Part shown: positions 55,901 to 64,000 of the stretch, in pieces
Position numbering within the stretch: position 1 is the stretch's first letter
Layout: every line of letters begins with the position of its first letter
Assembly: GCA_963790205.1 (NCBI GenBank)
Contig: CAWBNQ010000001.1
Span: forward strand, 224,001 to 288,000
Reading direction: 5' to 3'
Length of the DNA stretch: 64,000 nt
Source: Nitrospirota bacterium
GTDB lineage: Bacteria; Nitrospirota; UBA9217
Notes under the pieces: model-generated
The model's input: the letters and a program-made list of their open reading frames with translations, nothing else
What the model was told of the DNA's origin: nothing
Databases searched by the model: none
Translations under genes and position numbers: made by a program

Positions 55901-56405
55901 TATCGACCTCTACACGCAGATGATGGAAGAGGCCATGGCCGAGCTGCGCGGCGAGGAACTCTCCCGCGAGATCGACACGCAGATCAATTTGCGGGCTTCG
56001 GCCTTTATCCCCGAGGACTACATCAATGACGTGAGCCTGCGGCTCGCCGCCTACAAGGAGATCTCGAGCGTCGAAAACGAGGCGCAGCTCCGCGATCTCG
56101 CGGACGAGCTGCGCGACCGGTACGGCGAGCTGCCCGAGCCGGCGGCAAATCTGCTGGAGATCATGAGCGTCAAACTCATCGCGCAAAAGGCGATGGTCGC
56201 GCGGATCGACGCGGGCAAGGACGCGGTCACCATCACCTTTGCCGAGGGTTCGGGCGTTTCGCCGGAACGGGTCATGATCATGCTCAAGAAGAGCCAGGGG
56301 AAGATCAAGCTGGTTCCCGAATATACGCTCCGGATCGCGCTTGCCGACCCGTCGCTTCGGACGGCGGCCGATGCGGTGAAAAAGTGCTTGCAGGAACTGG
56401 TCTAG
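52905..56405 (+). CDS. mfd: Transcription-repair coupling factor
   Basis: GEFSRRGGIIDFF, CGDVGYGKTEVA, DEEH, TATPIPRT, QIKGRVGRS, DLETRGAGNLLG. Confidence 0.98.
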   Translation: MKNLREIIQPVINEIEAGQKTIEVSELWGASKALFLFGLRQETGRPVVVVTASQDAAELLVEDLTFFMQKLPHEEADTGKLDIRLFPSWGLLPFEADSPDSRTVGERMRFLYSLISGNPGIYVVPVQTVMQKLPPWDLFADSVKTITRETPIEPDELAAALVATGYESASLVTRVGEFSRRGGIIDFFSPLHEQPVRMEFFGDAIESLRVFDPETQRSTGEIKEAIVLPVREIIINQKGAQQLEKRLDLNREEEASADNDVLKQIKQGVLPPGGEFLAPFLYTMETLFTYLPAQSLIALIEPDDLNKEQEEQARKISDGRREETEEGRTLPEASEFYLDQKGVEAKLANFPILNIRLLGIGAGFRMDTKSASWLGVRLTKPIDRGQDEGTAGPVDGTMAGLVEKLRRQRDFNSVAIVCGTDEAAGRVKKLFMEYGLGVAFGTHLTAQQAGPWPVIVLIGRLTEGFSWPEHGLTFITEEEIFGRKVHRPSTARAKAAPFLSTFKELKPGDFVVHTDYGVGEYQGLTHISIDGFETDFLTLRYEPDAKLYVPLYSLDKVQKYIGVEGGAPKLDKLGAPAWARTKEKIKKDILEMAQELVAIYAAREAQSRSSFTPPDNLYREFEAAFPYEETPDQEKAIEDVLSDMQRPRPMDRVVCGDVGYGKTEVALRAAFKAVEDGMQVAVLVPTTLLADQHFRTFSERVAPFSVRVDMLSRFRTRAEQQETVKALKSGVVDIVIGTHRLLQKDIAFKNLGLLVVDEEHKFGVKHKERIKEFKKLVDVLTLTATPIPRTLHMSLAGIRDLSIIQTPPLDRQAIQVVLARFGKRVVREAITREIERNGQVFFVHNRVQGIERMADFIRNLVPEARVGIAHGQLKEHEIEDVMTKFLSGKLNVLVTTTIIESGIDIPTANTIIINRADRFGLADLYQIKGRVGRSREKAYAYLLAPEEEALSDIARKRLRAIQELSELGAGFRIAAQDLETRGAGNLLGKQQSGHIAAVGIDLYTQMMEEAMAELRGEELSREIDTQINLRASAFIPEDYINDVSLRLAAYKEISSVENEAQLRDLADELRDRYGELPEPAANLLEIMSVKLIAQKAMVARIDAGKDAVTITFAEGSGVSPERVMIMLKKSQGKIKLVPEYTLRIALADPSLRTAADAVKKCLQELV

Positions 56406-56484
56406 TATGTTATAAGAAATAAGGGTTCTTCGTGCGGCACGCAAGGAACCGGACCCTCAAGAATAAGACTACCGGAGGAGCTAT

Positions 56485-57195
56485 TTGATGAAAATGCATA
56501 AACTTGTTATCGTTGCTTTGACCCTGGCGCTTGCCATCTCCCTGTTCGGCTGCAATAAGGGCGCCGACAGCGCCGTTCTCGCGCGGGTGAACCGGACGAA
56601 GATCACCGCGGCGGACTTTAAGCGTCAGCTCGAAGACCTTGCGCCGCAGATGCAGCAGGCCGTGGCAAGCGACCCCAAGGCGCGGAAGGAATTTCTCGAA
56701 GACCTGATCGGCATTGAACTGGTCCTTCAAGAGGCGCGCCGGCAGGGCCTGGACAAGGACCCGGAATTCCAGAAGCGGCAGGCAGCGATGAAGAAGGAGA
56801 TGGAGCGCAGAATCCAGGAGGACGCCAAGAACGAGCTCTTCAACGTCCTGCTCAAGAAAGAGCTGGCCGACCAATTGAAGAAGCTGCCGGAGCCTACGGA
56901 CAAAGAAGCGCGGGATTACTACACGAAGAACCAGGACAAGATGCGCACCGCCGACGGCAAGAAACTGAACTTCAAGGACGTGGAACCGCAGTTGAAGCGG
57001 AGAATTCTCGCTGAACGGCAGCGGGACCTCTATCTCGAGTATGCCAAGGGACTCAGGGCAAAGGCCAAGGTAACCGTGGACGAGAAGGCCCTGGATGCAG
57101 CCGCGACTTCACTTGCCCAGTCGTCGGCGCTGCCCGGCGGCCTGGACGTGCAGACGCTGCCGGCGGCGACCCAGCCGCAAGGCAAGAAACCGTAA
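56485..57195 (+). CDS. SurA N-terminal-domain lipoprotein (PrsA-like, no clear rotamase domain)
   Basis: Lipobox LFGC; VLARVN...IT, LEDLI...LVLQEARRQGL, LRAKAKV. Confidence 0.75.
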   Translation: MMKMHKLVIVALTLALAISLFGCNKGADSAVLARVNRTKITAADFKRQLEDLAPQMQQAVASDPKARKEFLEDLIGIELVLQEARRQGLDKDPEFQKRQAAMKKEMERRIQEDAKNELFNVLLKKELADQLKKLPEPTDKEARDYYTKNQDKMRTADGKKLNFKDVEPQLKRRILAERQRDLYLEYAKGLRAKAKVTVDEKALDAAATSLAQSSALPGGLDVQTLPAATQPQGKKP

Positions 57196-57202
57196 CGGAC
57201 CG

Positions 57203-58160
57203 ATGAACCTATCACGTTTTGCAAAATATGTAGCCCCGGCGCTGTTGCTGGGGCTCATCTTTTTTTCGTGCAGCAGGAAAAACGAGGAGCCTGGGCCTGC
57301 CCCGGTATCACCGGTTTCGCCCAATGTGCGGATCGTGGCGACGATAAACGGCGACCCGATCACGCTCGCCGAGTTCCAGGAGCGCTTCGTTCGCGCGGGG
57401 TTCAAGCCGGACGAGGGCGTCGAGCTCGATGTTAAGGAAGATTTTCTCAACCGGCTGATCGAGCGCATGATGCTGGTGCGCGAAGCGCAGCGCAAGCGCA
57501 TCAAGGTCGGCCTGCCCGAGATCAACAAGCGGATCGAGACGCTCCGCACCGAGAACGGCGAGGACGTAAAGGACACCCTTGCGGGCCTGGGGATCGATTT
57601 TGAGAAATGGAAGGCCGACGTTTGGGAAGACATGATGATCGAGCGGTTGCTCGCACGCGAGGTGCACAAGCGCGTGTCCGTGTCCCCGGCGGAGGTCCGG
57701 CGCTATTACCAGGCCAATTTAGCTGGAATTTGAAAAGCCCGAGCAGGTGCGGGTGCGTCAGATCGTGGTCGCCACCGAGGCAGAGGCGCAGAAAGTAATG
57801 GGGGTTCTGCAGACCGGCGCCGATTTTGCCAAGGTGGCGCACGAGAAGTCCACGGCGCCCGAGGCCGCGAAGGGCGGCGATCTGGGTTATTTTGCCAGGG
57901 GTGAAATGCCGGCGGAATTCAACGTGGTCTTCGGCCTGCCCAAGGGCGGGATCAGCGGGATCGTGAAGAGCCCTTACGGTTACCATATCTTCAAGCTTGA
58001 AGACAAAAGGAAGGCGGGGAGGGCCGGTCTCGACGAGGCTTACCGGGGCATCGAGGAAAAACTGCGACGGCAAAAGGAAGACAAACGCTACAAGGCGTGG
58101 TTCACGGAACTCCGGTCAAGGACGAAATTCGAGGTTAACTACCAGGCGCTGAGGCAGTAG
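57203..58160 (+). pseudogene. Parvulin-type PPIase lipoprotein split by a +1 frameshift near 57721
   Basis: SurA-N half (FFSC, IVATING, EVRRYYQAN) stops at 57733; the other frame continues EFEKPEQVRVRQIVV...GGDLGYF...SPYGYHIFK. Confidence 0.82.
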
Positions 58161-58231
58161 AGAAACGGTTTGCAGTTTCCCGGTTGCCGTGATCGTTCAT
58201 TCGAAACAAAAAACTCAAACAGTTTTTCCGC

Positions 58232-59331
58232 TTAACGCGTGGTAGTTGAAGGCCGGGCTTCAATATCGGATGGATGACCGGCATCCTCCCGCGCGGGCAG
58301 CACGAGTACGCCGCGGTCTCCGGTTCTCTCCAGTTTTGTCTTAAACCGCGCGGAAGCCGCGTTTATACCGTCGAGCACCTCTCCTGCGGCCTTGCCAATA
58401 AGCACCTTCGGCTGATACTTTACCCGATAGTTATTTACGTCGATCGGTACGGCCTCGACCCTGGCAAGGGTGTTGCCCCGGAAGGTCAAAAGGAGTATCA
58501 TACTTGTGTTCGAGCGGTCGCTTTCAGACCCGAACACGAAGTTGCCGAGACTGTAGGCGATCAGGCGGCCCTTATACACCTCGATTTCCTGCAGCACGTG
58601 CGGATGGTGGCCGAGGACGAGGTCGGCTCCCCAGTCGATCGCGTGGCGGCCGAGTTCGATCTGGTAGTCCTTCGCAGTGGTCATGAGCTCGGTGCCCCAA
58701 TGGAAGGAGACCACGACGAGGTCGGCCGCGGGCCGCACCTTTTCGATGTCGGCCTTGACGAAATCGGCGTACCCCGGCGCAGTGCCGGGCCGCCCTGCGG
58801 AGGCGAAGAACTCGAGCGGAAACGTGAGCGAGTAAGAGAGGAAGGCCAGGGTCTTCCCTTTTATTTTCACGATCGCCGGAGCGCGGGCGTCGTCGAGGTC
58901 CATGCCGGCGCCGGTGTAGAGAATAGCGTTCTCGTCCAGTGCCGCAAGCGTGTCCTGGAGCGCCAGCGGGCCGAAGTCCATGGAATGATTGTTCGCGAGG
59001 GACACCACGCGGATGCCGGCGCTCTTGAGCGCCAGGGCGGCGACGGGCGCGGCCCGAAGCGTGAATTTCTTGTTTTCCACGGCAATGCCCCGGGTGGAGA
59101 TCGATGACTCGAGATTGCCGGCGACCAGGTCGGCCTGCCTCAGAACGGGCATCACATCCCGGAAGGGGTAATCCGGGCCCTCTTGCTCGAGAAACGGGCC
59201 GGCCCTTCCGCCGAGCATGAGGTCGCCGACGGCGGCAATGGTAATCTCATCCCGGGGCGGGTCAACCGCCGCCGCCCGTCCGGCGGCATAAAAAAAAGGA
59301 TGAGAATAATAAGCAAGAAAGTTTTTTTCAT
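58232..59331 (-). pseudogene. CapA/PGA_cap metallophosphatase-family protein, frameshifted in signal-peptide poly-T
   Basis: GDLMLG, GNLES, SLANNHSMDFG, SFHWG, GHHPHV, YSLGNF; the N-terminus MKKTFLLIIL is out of frame at the A8 run (59290-59297). Confidence 0.82.
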
Positions 59332-59412
59332 ACGATTCACGGAATAATAATCAACTTTTTGCCAAAAGGCAACACAAAAGAAGCGGCGCCGTTACCATCG
59401 GGAGCAGAAAAA

Positions 59413-60351
59413 ATGAAAAAATACGTTTTGTTATTCGCAGCATCGCTTGCCCTATTGCTTTCGTACAGCCTTCCCACCACCGCGAGCGGCTCAGTGGTCG
59501 TCGACCGGGTGGTTGCCGTGGTGAACAACGAGATCATCACCCTGAGCGACCTGCAGCGGGAAGAAACCTTGAAAAAGGTGAACACCAAGCAGGACGAACG
59601 CCTGCTCCTCGAGGACATGATCGACCGCAAGCTCCAGATGGCCGCCGCAAAGAGCGCCGGCATGGACGTGACGGACAAGGAGCTTACCGAAGCCGTCACG
59701 GACATCATGAAGCGCAACTCCCTGGACAGCAAGCAGTTCGAGGCCGCGCTGGCCAAGGAGGGGCTCACGCTCGAACAGTACAAGACCGAGCTCAGGGAGC
59801 AGATGACGCTGTCGCGCATGTTCAACAAGTATGTGCGCTCCGGCGTGGCCGTTGACGAAGCGGAGGCGCGGGCCTATTACGAACGGAACATAAAAAGCTA
59901 CTCGCAGCCCGAGGAGATCCGGGTGAGGCAGATCTTCTTCCGCGTGCCGGAGAACGCAACGCCGGCGGAAACCGCCGCGATCGGGGAAAAAGCAAGGGCC
60001 GCATCGGTGCGCGCCAAAAAAGGAGAAAACTTCGTCACCCTCGTCAAAGAGCTCTCGGAGGGCGAAACCGCAGCGCTGGGCGGGGACCTCGGCTTCCTGC
60101 AGCGGGACCAGGCCATCCCCGAGATCGAGGAGGCGACCCGCACCCTCAAGCCGGGCGAGATTGCGGGCCCGATCCTGTGCGCCGGCGGTTTTCATATTAT
60201 CAAGCTCGAAGAAATCCGCACTCCGGTCAAGCCCTTCGAGAAAGTGAAGGACGAGATCATAAAAATGCTCTATAACCAGAAGGTGGAGAACACCTACCGG
60301 ACCTGGCTCCAGTCGCTGCGGAGCAATTCGAACATCGAGAACCGGCTGTAA
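59413..60351 (+). CDS. surA: SurA-like chaperone/peptidyl-prolyl isomerase
   Basis: VDRVVAVVNNEIITLSDL, RVRQIF, GGDLGF, GFHIIKL. Confidence 0.88.
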   Translation: MKKYVLLFAASLALLLSYSLPTTASGSVVVDRVVAVVNNEIITLSDLQREETLKKVNTKQDERLLLEDMIDRKLQMAAAKSAGMDVTDKELTEAVTDIMKRNSLDSKQFEAALAKEGLTLEQYKTELREQMTLSRMFNKYVRSGVAVDEAEARAYYERNIKSYSQPEEIRVRQIFFRVPENATPAETAAIGEKARAASVRAKKGENFVTLVKELSEGETAALGGDLGFLQRDQAIPEIEEATRTLKPGEIAGPILCAGGFHIIKLEEIRTPVKPFEKVKDEIIKMLYNQKVENTYRTWLQSLRSNSNIENRL

Positions 60352-60445
60352 AAAGGCAGTGCGGAGTGGGGAATGAAAAAACAAGCAGAACCAGGTACGC
60401 CCATCGCAGCAGTTTTTCTCAATTCGATCGTTTTCTCTCTCACTC

Positions 60446-61609
60446 GTGAAAACCGTAAAACTCAAAAATAAAGAAGAACGGCGCATTCTGCGCGGTCACC
60501 CGTGGGTGTTCAGCAACGAGCTTCAGAACGTGCCCGCGGAGCTCTTGCCGGGAGAGCTCGTTGACGTGCTCGATCACGCAGACCGGTTCATCGGCCGCGG
60601 GTACATAAACCCGCATACCCTCATCGCGGTCCGCATTCTTACGCGAAAGCAGGAGGAGATCGATGCCGGATTCTTCCGGAGGAGGATCCAGACGGCGCGC
60701 GCTCTCCGGGAAAGGCTCGGCTTTGGCGATTCCTTCCGCGCCGTGTTCAGCGAAGGAGACGGCCTTCCCGGACTGATCGTGGACAAGTATGCTGATACGC
60801 TCGTTGTCCAATCCTCGACAGCCGGAATTGACGGGCTGCTTGGTCTCATTACTCCCGCTTTGAAGGAGGTCTATTCCCCGCAGGCGATCGTGCTCAGGAA
60901 CGATACGGCCTCGCGCGCGATCGAGGGACTGACCCGGGAACAACAGGTTGTTCACGGAACGGTGGCCGGTCCCGTGCTGATCGAGGAATCCGGTATCCGG
61001 TATACCATCGACGTGCGGGAAGGCCAGAAGACGGGGTTCTTTTTTGACCAGCGCGAGAACCGGCAGGCGCTTAAGGATATCGTGCAAGGCAAAAGAACGC
61101 TCGACTGCTTTTGCTACGTCGGGGCCTGGTCACTAAATGCCGCGCGGTTCGGCGCATCGGAGGTCATCGGTCTCGACTCCTCCCAAAAGGCCGTGGACCT
61201 GGCGACGGCGAACGCGGCGCTGAACGGGCTCAGTGCACAGTTCATTGTTGCCGACGTTTTCGAAGAGCTGCGAAAGCGCGAGAAACAGCATGAGCGTTTT
61301 AGCTGCATCATTCTCGATCCGCCCGCCTTCGTGAAGAGCAGGGCTAAAATACGCGAGGGGCTCAAAGGCTATAAGGAGATCAACCTCCGGGCCATGAAGC
61401 TGCTCGAACCGGGGGGCGTGCTTGTCACGTGCTCGTGTTCTCACCATGTGGATCAGGACTTGTTCAGGGAGATGCTGATCGACGCGGCCTATTCAGCGGG
61501 ACGCCAGGCGAGGCTCCTCGAGATGCGGTCCCAGGCCCGCGACCACCCCGTGCTGCTTGCGGCGCGCGAGACGCAGTATTTGAAGTGCGCGATACTGGTT
61601 GTGGATTAG
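60446..61609 (+). CDS. rlmI: RlmI-family rRNA m5C methyltransferase
   Basis: GHPWVFSNE, SEGDGLPGLIVD, GQKTGFFFDQRENR, LDPPAF, TCSCS, YLK. Confidence 0.9.
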   Translation: MKTVKLKNKEERRILRGHPWVFSNELQNVPAELLPGELVDVLDHADRFIGRGYINPHTLIAVRILTRKQEEIDAGFFRRRIQTARALRERLGFGDSFRAVFSEGDGLPGLIVDKYADTLVVQSSTAGIDGLLGLITPALKEVYSPQAIVLRNDTASRAIEGLTREQQVVHGTVAGPVLIEESGIRYTIDVREGQKTGFFFDQRENRQALKDIVQGKRTLDCFCYVGAWSLNAARFGASEVIGLDSSQKAVDLATANAALNGLSAQFIVADVFEELRKREKQHERFSCIILDPPAFVKSRAKIREGLKGYKEINLRAMKLLEPGGVLVTCSCSHHVDQDLFREMLIDAAYSAGRQARLLEMRSQARDHPVLLAARETQYLKCAILVVD

Positions 61610-61714
61610 TAAAGGCTGAAGTTGGGAAGGTGAGAAGGTAAGAGGAAAAAGCTCATCCCCTCTTGAATAACCTTCAGCCCTCAGTCTCAACACCTGAATA
61701 ATTACGGAATTATC

Positions 61715-61744
61715 TTGACTAACAAGCGCCGCCTGTGTTAAAAA
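61715..61744 (+). promoter_or_regulatory. Sigma-70 promoter for tRNA-Val
   Basis: TTGACT at 61715-61720 and TG-T-TAAAAA at 61736-61744, directly upstream of the tRNA. Confidence 0.55.
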
Positions 61745-61756
61745 GTATCCGTTGCC

Positions 61757-61831
61757 GGGCGATTAGCTCAGCGGGAGAGCACTGCCTTCACACGGCAGGG
61801 GTCGCAGGTTCAAACCCTGCATCGCCCACCA
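61757..61831 (+). tRNA. tRNA-Val (CAC)
   Basis: Acceptor stem GGGCGAT/ATCGCCC-ACCA, D arm TAGCTCAGCGGGAGAGC, anticodon arm CTGCC-TTCACAC-GGCAG, T loop GGTTCAAA. Confidence 0.97.
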
Positions 61832-61840
61832 TGGAAAATA

Positions 61841-61869
61841 AAAAGGCCAGCCGATTTCGGCTGGCCTTT
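61841..61869. terminator. Bidirectional terminator between tRNA and dksA
   Basis: AAAGGCCAGCCG-ATTT-CGGCTGGCCTTT perfect stem. Confidence 0.85.
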
Positions 61870-61901
61870 GCTGTTTGTACTTTCCGCGCTGTCGCGAAGG
61901 G

Positions 61902-62267
61902 CTACCCCGCGTGCATCTTTTCCTGCTCTTCCTGAAGGGTCTTGCACTCAATACAGAGCGTGGTCACGGGCCGGGCTTCCAGGCGCTTGGCGCTGATCTG
62001 CTCGCCGCAGGACTCGCACACGCCGTAGGTGCCGCTCTCGATACGGGCGATCGCCTCATCGATCTTTTTGAGCAGCTTCTGCTCCCTGCCGCGCAGGCGC
62101 AGCGTGAAATTGCTGTCCAGCTCGGCAACGGCCTGGTCGGTCGGATCGGGGAAGCTCTCCTTTTCAGAGCTGATCTTGCTGGTCAGCGTGCTCTCCGCTT
62201 CGGAAAGAAGCTCTTCCCGCTGCTTGACGAGTTTTTTCTTGATTGAAAGCAGTTTATTGTCCATCAA
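61902..62267 (-). CDS. dksA: RNA polymerase-binding protein DksA
   Basis: PDPTDQA (DxxDxA), REQKLLKKI, YGVCESCGEQI...RLEARP...LCIECK. Confidence 0.93.
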   Translation of the reverse strand: MMDNKLLSIKKKLVKQREELLSEAESTLTSKISSEKESFPDPTDQAVAELDSNFTLRLRGREQKLLKKIDEAIARIESGTYGVCESCGEQISAKRLEARPVTTLCIECKTLQEEQEKMHAG

Positions 62268-62449
62268 ACGACCTCATGCGAACGAAATGCCGGGCGTTGT
62301 TTTACCGGGGCTCCGGTCGGCCCGCTACTGAATGTGGTACTATATCAAAAACTTCCCGGAGAGTCAATTGTTAAATGGAAACGCTCAAAGGGAGCGCTGA
62401 AAGCGAATAGAAGATTGACAAAAAGGCCGGCTGGAGGTTATAGTTGCCC

Positions 62450-63685
62450 ATGCTGAGCGAGAAGCAGAAACTCACCAAGATCATCAATCTGGGAATTGAA
62501 ATCTCCCAGGTAAAAGACATCGACGTGCTTCTGGAGAGGATCCTGCTGGAAGCGCGCAAGCTCGTGAATGCCGACGCGGGTTCCCTCTATATAAAGGAAG
62601 GCGATAAGCTGAAGTTCAGCTACACGCAAAACGACACGCTTCAGGAGAGGCTTCCCCCGGGCAAGAAACTGATCTATTCCACCTTCTCCATACCGATCAA
62701 CAACCAATCCATCTCCGGGTATGTGGCGAACAACGGCACCATGCTGAACATACCCGATGCGTATAAACTGCGGTCGGGCCTTCCTTATTCCTTCAACAAG
62801 AGCTACGACGGCCTGTCCGGATACCGCACCCAATCGATGCTGACGTTCCCGCTCAAAACCAACCGGGGCGACACGGTCGGGGTGTTGCAGCTCATCAATG
62901 GGAAGGACGCCCGGAGCAAGGCCGCAGCCTTTTCGAAAAAGGACGAACCGCTCACCATGCACTTCGCCAACACCGCGGCCGTCGCCATCGAGCGGGCGCA
63001 GCTGACCCGCGCCATGATCCTCAGGACCATCAAGATGGCGGAACTGCGCGATCCGAAGGAAACGGGCGCCCATGTCAATCGCGTGGCCGCTTATGCCGTC
63101 ACGATCTACGAGCACTGGGCGGCAAGCCAAGGCGTCTCCCGCGACGAAATCGACAAAAACCGCGACGTTCTCCGCATGTCCGCGATGCTGCACGACGTGG
63201 GCAAGGTGGCCATTTCCGATACGATCCTCAAAAAGCCCGCAAGCTTCACGCCCGAGGAATATGAGACCATGAAGGGCCATACCTATCTGGGCGCCCGCCT
63301 CTTCACGGACCGGTATTCGGAATTCGACGAGGCCGCGTCCATCGTGGCGTTGAACCACCACGAGCGGTGGGACGGCGTTGGCTACCCCGGCCACATCAAT
63401 CCCTACGACGGCAGCACGGTCCCCGGCTTCGGGGACGCCGGTGGAAAGCCGCGGGGCAAAAAAGGCGAGGAGATCCCCTTGTTCGGCCGGGTGGTGTCGG
63501 TCGCCGATGTCTACGACGCCCTCTGTTCCCGCAGGGTATACAAGGAGCCCTGGGTTGAGGCCCGCGTGCTTGAGAACCTGATGGAAGCCAGCGGCACGCA
63601 GTTCGACCCCGAGATGATAGACGCCTTTTTTTCCTCCCTGGACTCGATCCACAGTGTCGCCGAGCGCTACCCGGACCAGCACTGA
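62450..63685 (+). CDS. GAF plus HD-GYP phosphodiesterase
   Basis: GAF (NIPDAY, GYRTQSML, GVLQLIN); RDPKETGAHV, LHDVGK, HHERWDGVGYP, VADVYDAL, GTQFDP. Confidence 0.92.
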   Translation: MLSEKQKLTKIINLGIEISQVKDIDVLLERILLEARKLVNADAGSLYIKEGDKLKFSYTQNDTLQERLPPGKKLIYSTFSIPINNQSISGYVANNGTMLNIPDAYKLRSGLPYSFNKSYDGLSGYRTQSMLTFPLKTNRGDTVGVLQLINGKDARSKAAAFSKKDEPLTMHFANTAAVAIERAQLTRAMILRTIKMAELRDPKETGAHVNRVAAYAVTIYEHWAASQGVSRDEIDKNRDVLRMSAMLHDVGKVAISDTILKKPASFTPEEYETMKGHTYLGARLFTDRYSEFDEAASIVALNHHERWDGVGYPGHINPYDGSTVPGFGDAGGKPRGKKGEEIPLFGRVVSVADVYDALCSRRVYKEPWVEARVLENLMEASGTQFDPEMIDAFFSSLDSIHSVAERYPDQH

Positions 63686-63708
63686 AACATCCCGACGGAT
63701 TTTTGCCA

Positions 63709-64000
63709 ATGAAAAAAGACAAGACTTCCGACAAACCCGCCGCAGACTTCAAGAACAGCCCCTTCCGCTCGCTCAAAGGCCTGGCCCCCCATCCCGCGCC
63801 TCAGAAGCCCGGGTGGTCGGCGCCGTCTGTTCCCGCGCCGAAAAAACAGACTGAAGACGATGGGGCGCTGTTTCTGCGGGCCATGGCAGGAGCAAAAAAG
63901 CTGGACCAGACGGATGAAGCGCCGTTTCCGGGGGCCCGGCCGGACAAGACCGCCGGGACCGTTCCGGCAGACGACGCGGAAGAGCAGCAGCGGTTTTTGG
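63709..64000 (+). CDS. N-terminus of Smr/MutS2-like protein (truncated by window)
   Basis: Hand translation MKKDKTSDKPAADFKNSPFRSLKGL...EDDGALFLRAMAGAKKL...EEQQRFL, the typical pre-Smr segment; open to the window end. Confidence 0.6.
   Translation, partial: MKKDKTSDKPAADFKNSPFRSLKGLAPHPAPQKPGWSAPSVPAPKKQTEDDGALFLRAMAGAKKLDQTDEAPFPGARPDKTAGTVPADDAEEQQRFL

Noticed and set aside
61757..61870. tRNA-Val as an island attachment site
   Set aside because: No duplicate of its 3' end was noticed in the window, and it is flanked by core genes.

Overview
Bacterial chromosomal window, GC-rich core with AT-rich accessory blocks; gene content and style suggest Nitrospirota/Desulfobacterota (impression only). 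Layout: (1) 1-5.3 kb, an AT-rich defence-like block: translationally coupled vsr - long C5 DNA methyltransferase - ParB/Srx-like ORF (runs off the window), a MazG/dCTPase remnant, small ORFans and an orphan antitoxin. (2) 5294-6807, a complete IS110/IS1111-type element; its ends, GTGA core, circle-junction promoter and candidate bridge-RNA target/donor guides can be read from the sequence. (3) A B12 radical SAM gene and a SprT-like metallopeptidase, whose 3' end recurs as a decayed direct repeat about 27 kb downstream. The two copies bracket an envelope-stress/efflux block (mdtABC, DUF2844/DUF3443, MacAB-TolC-like, Skp, Spy/CpxP, BaeSR, MFS, mgsA with an in-frame TGA, OYE, ABC-2, USP). (4) 37-49.6 kb, a three-gene secreted locus: a transglutaminase-fold protein with a hydrophobic toxin-like tail, an overlapping membrane ORF, and a 2703-aa toroid/CARDB/FG-GAP/FN3-like protein. 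This is the best candidate for an undescribed system. (5) An IS1202-like element with 16-bp direct repeats just upstream of that locus. (6) Core genes: tam, mfd, three SurA/PPIase-type genes, capA-like, rlmI, tRNA-Val(CAC), dksA, GAF-HD-GYP and an Smr-like N-terminus. All family calls come from motif recognition by eye; no database searches were run.
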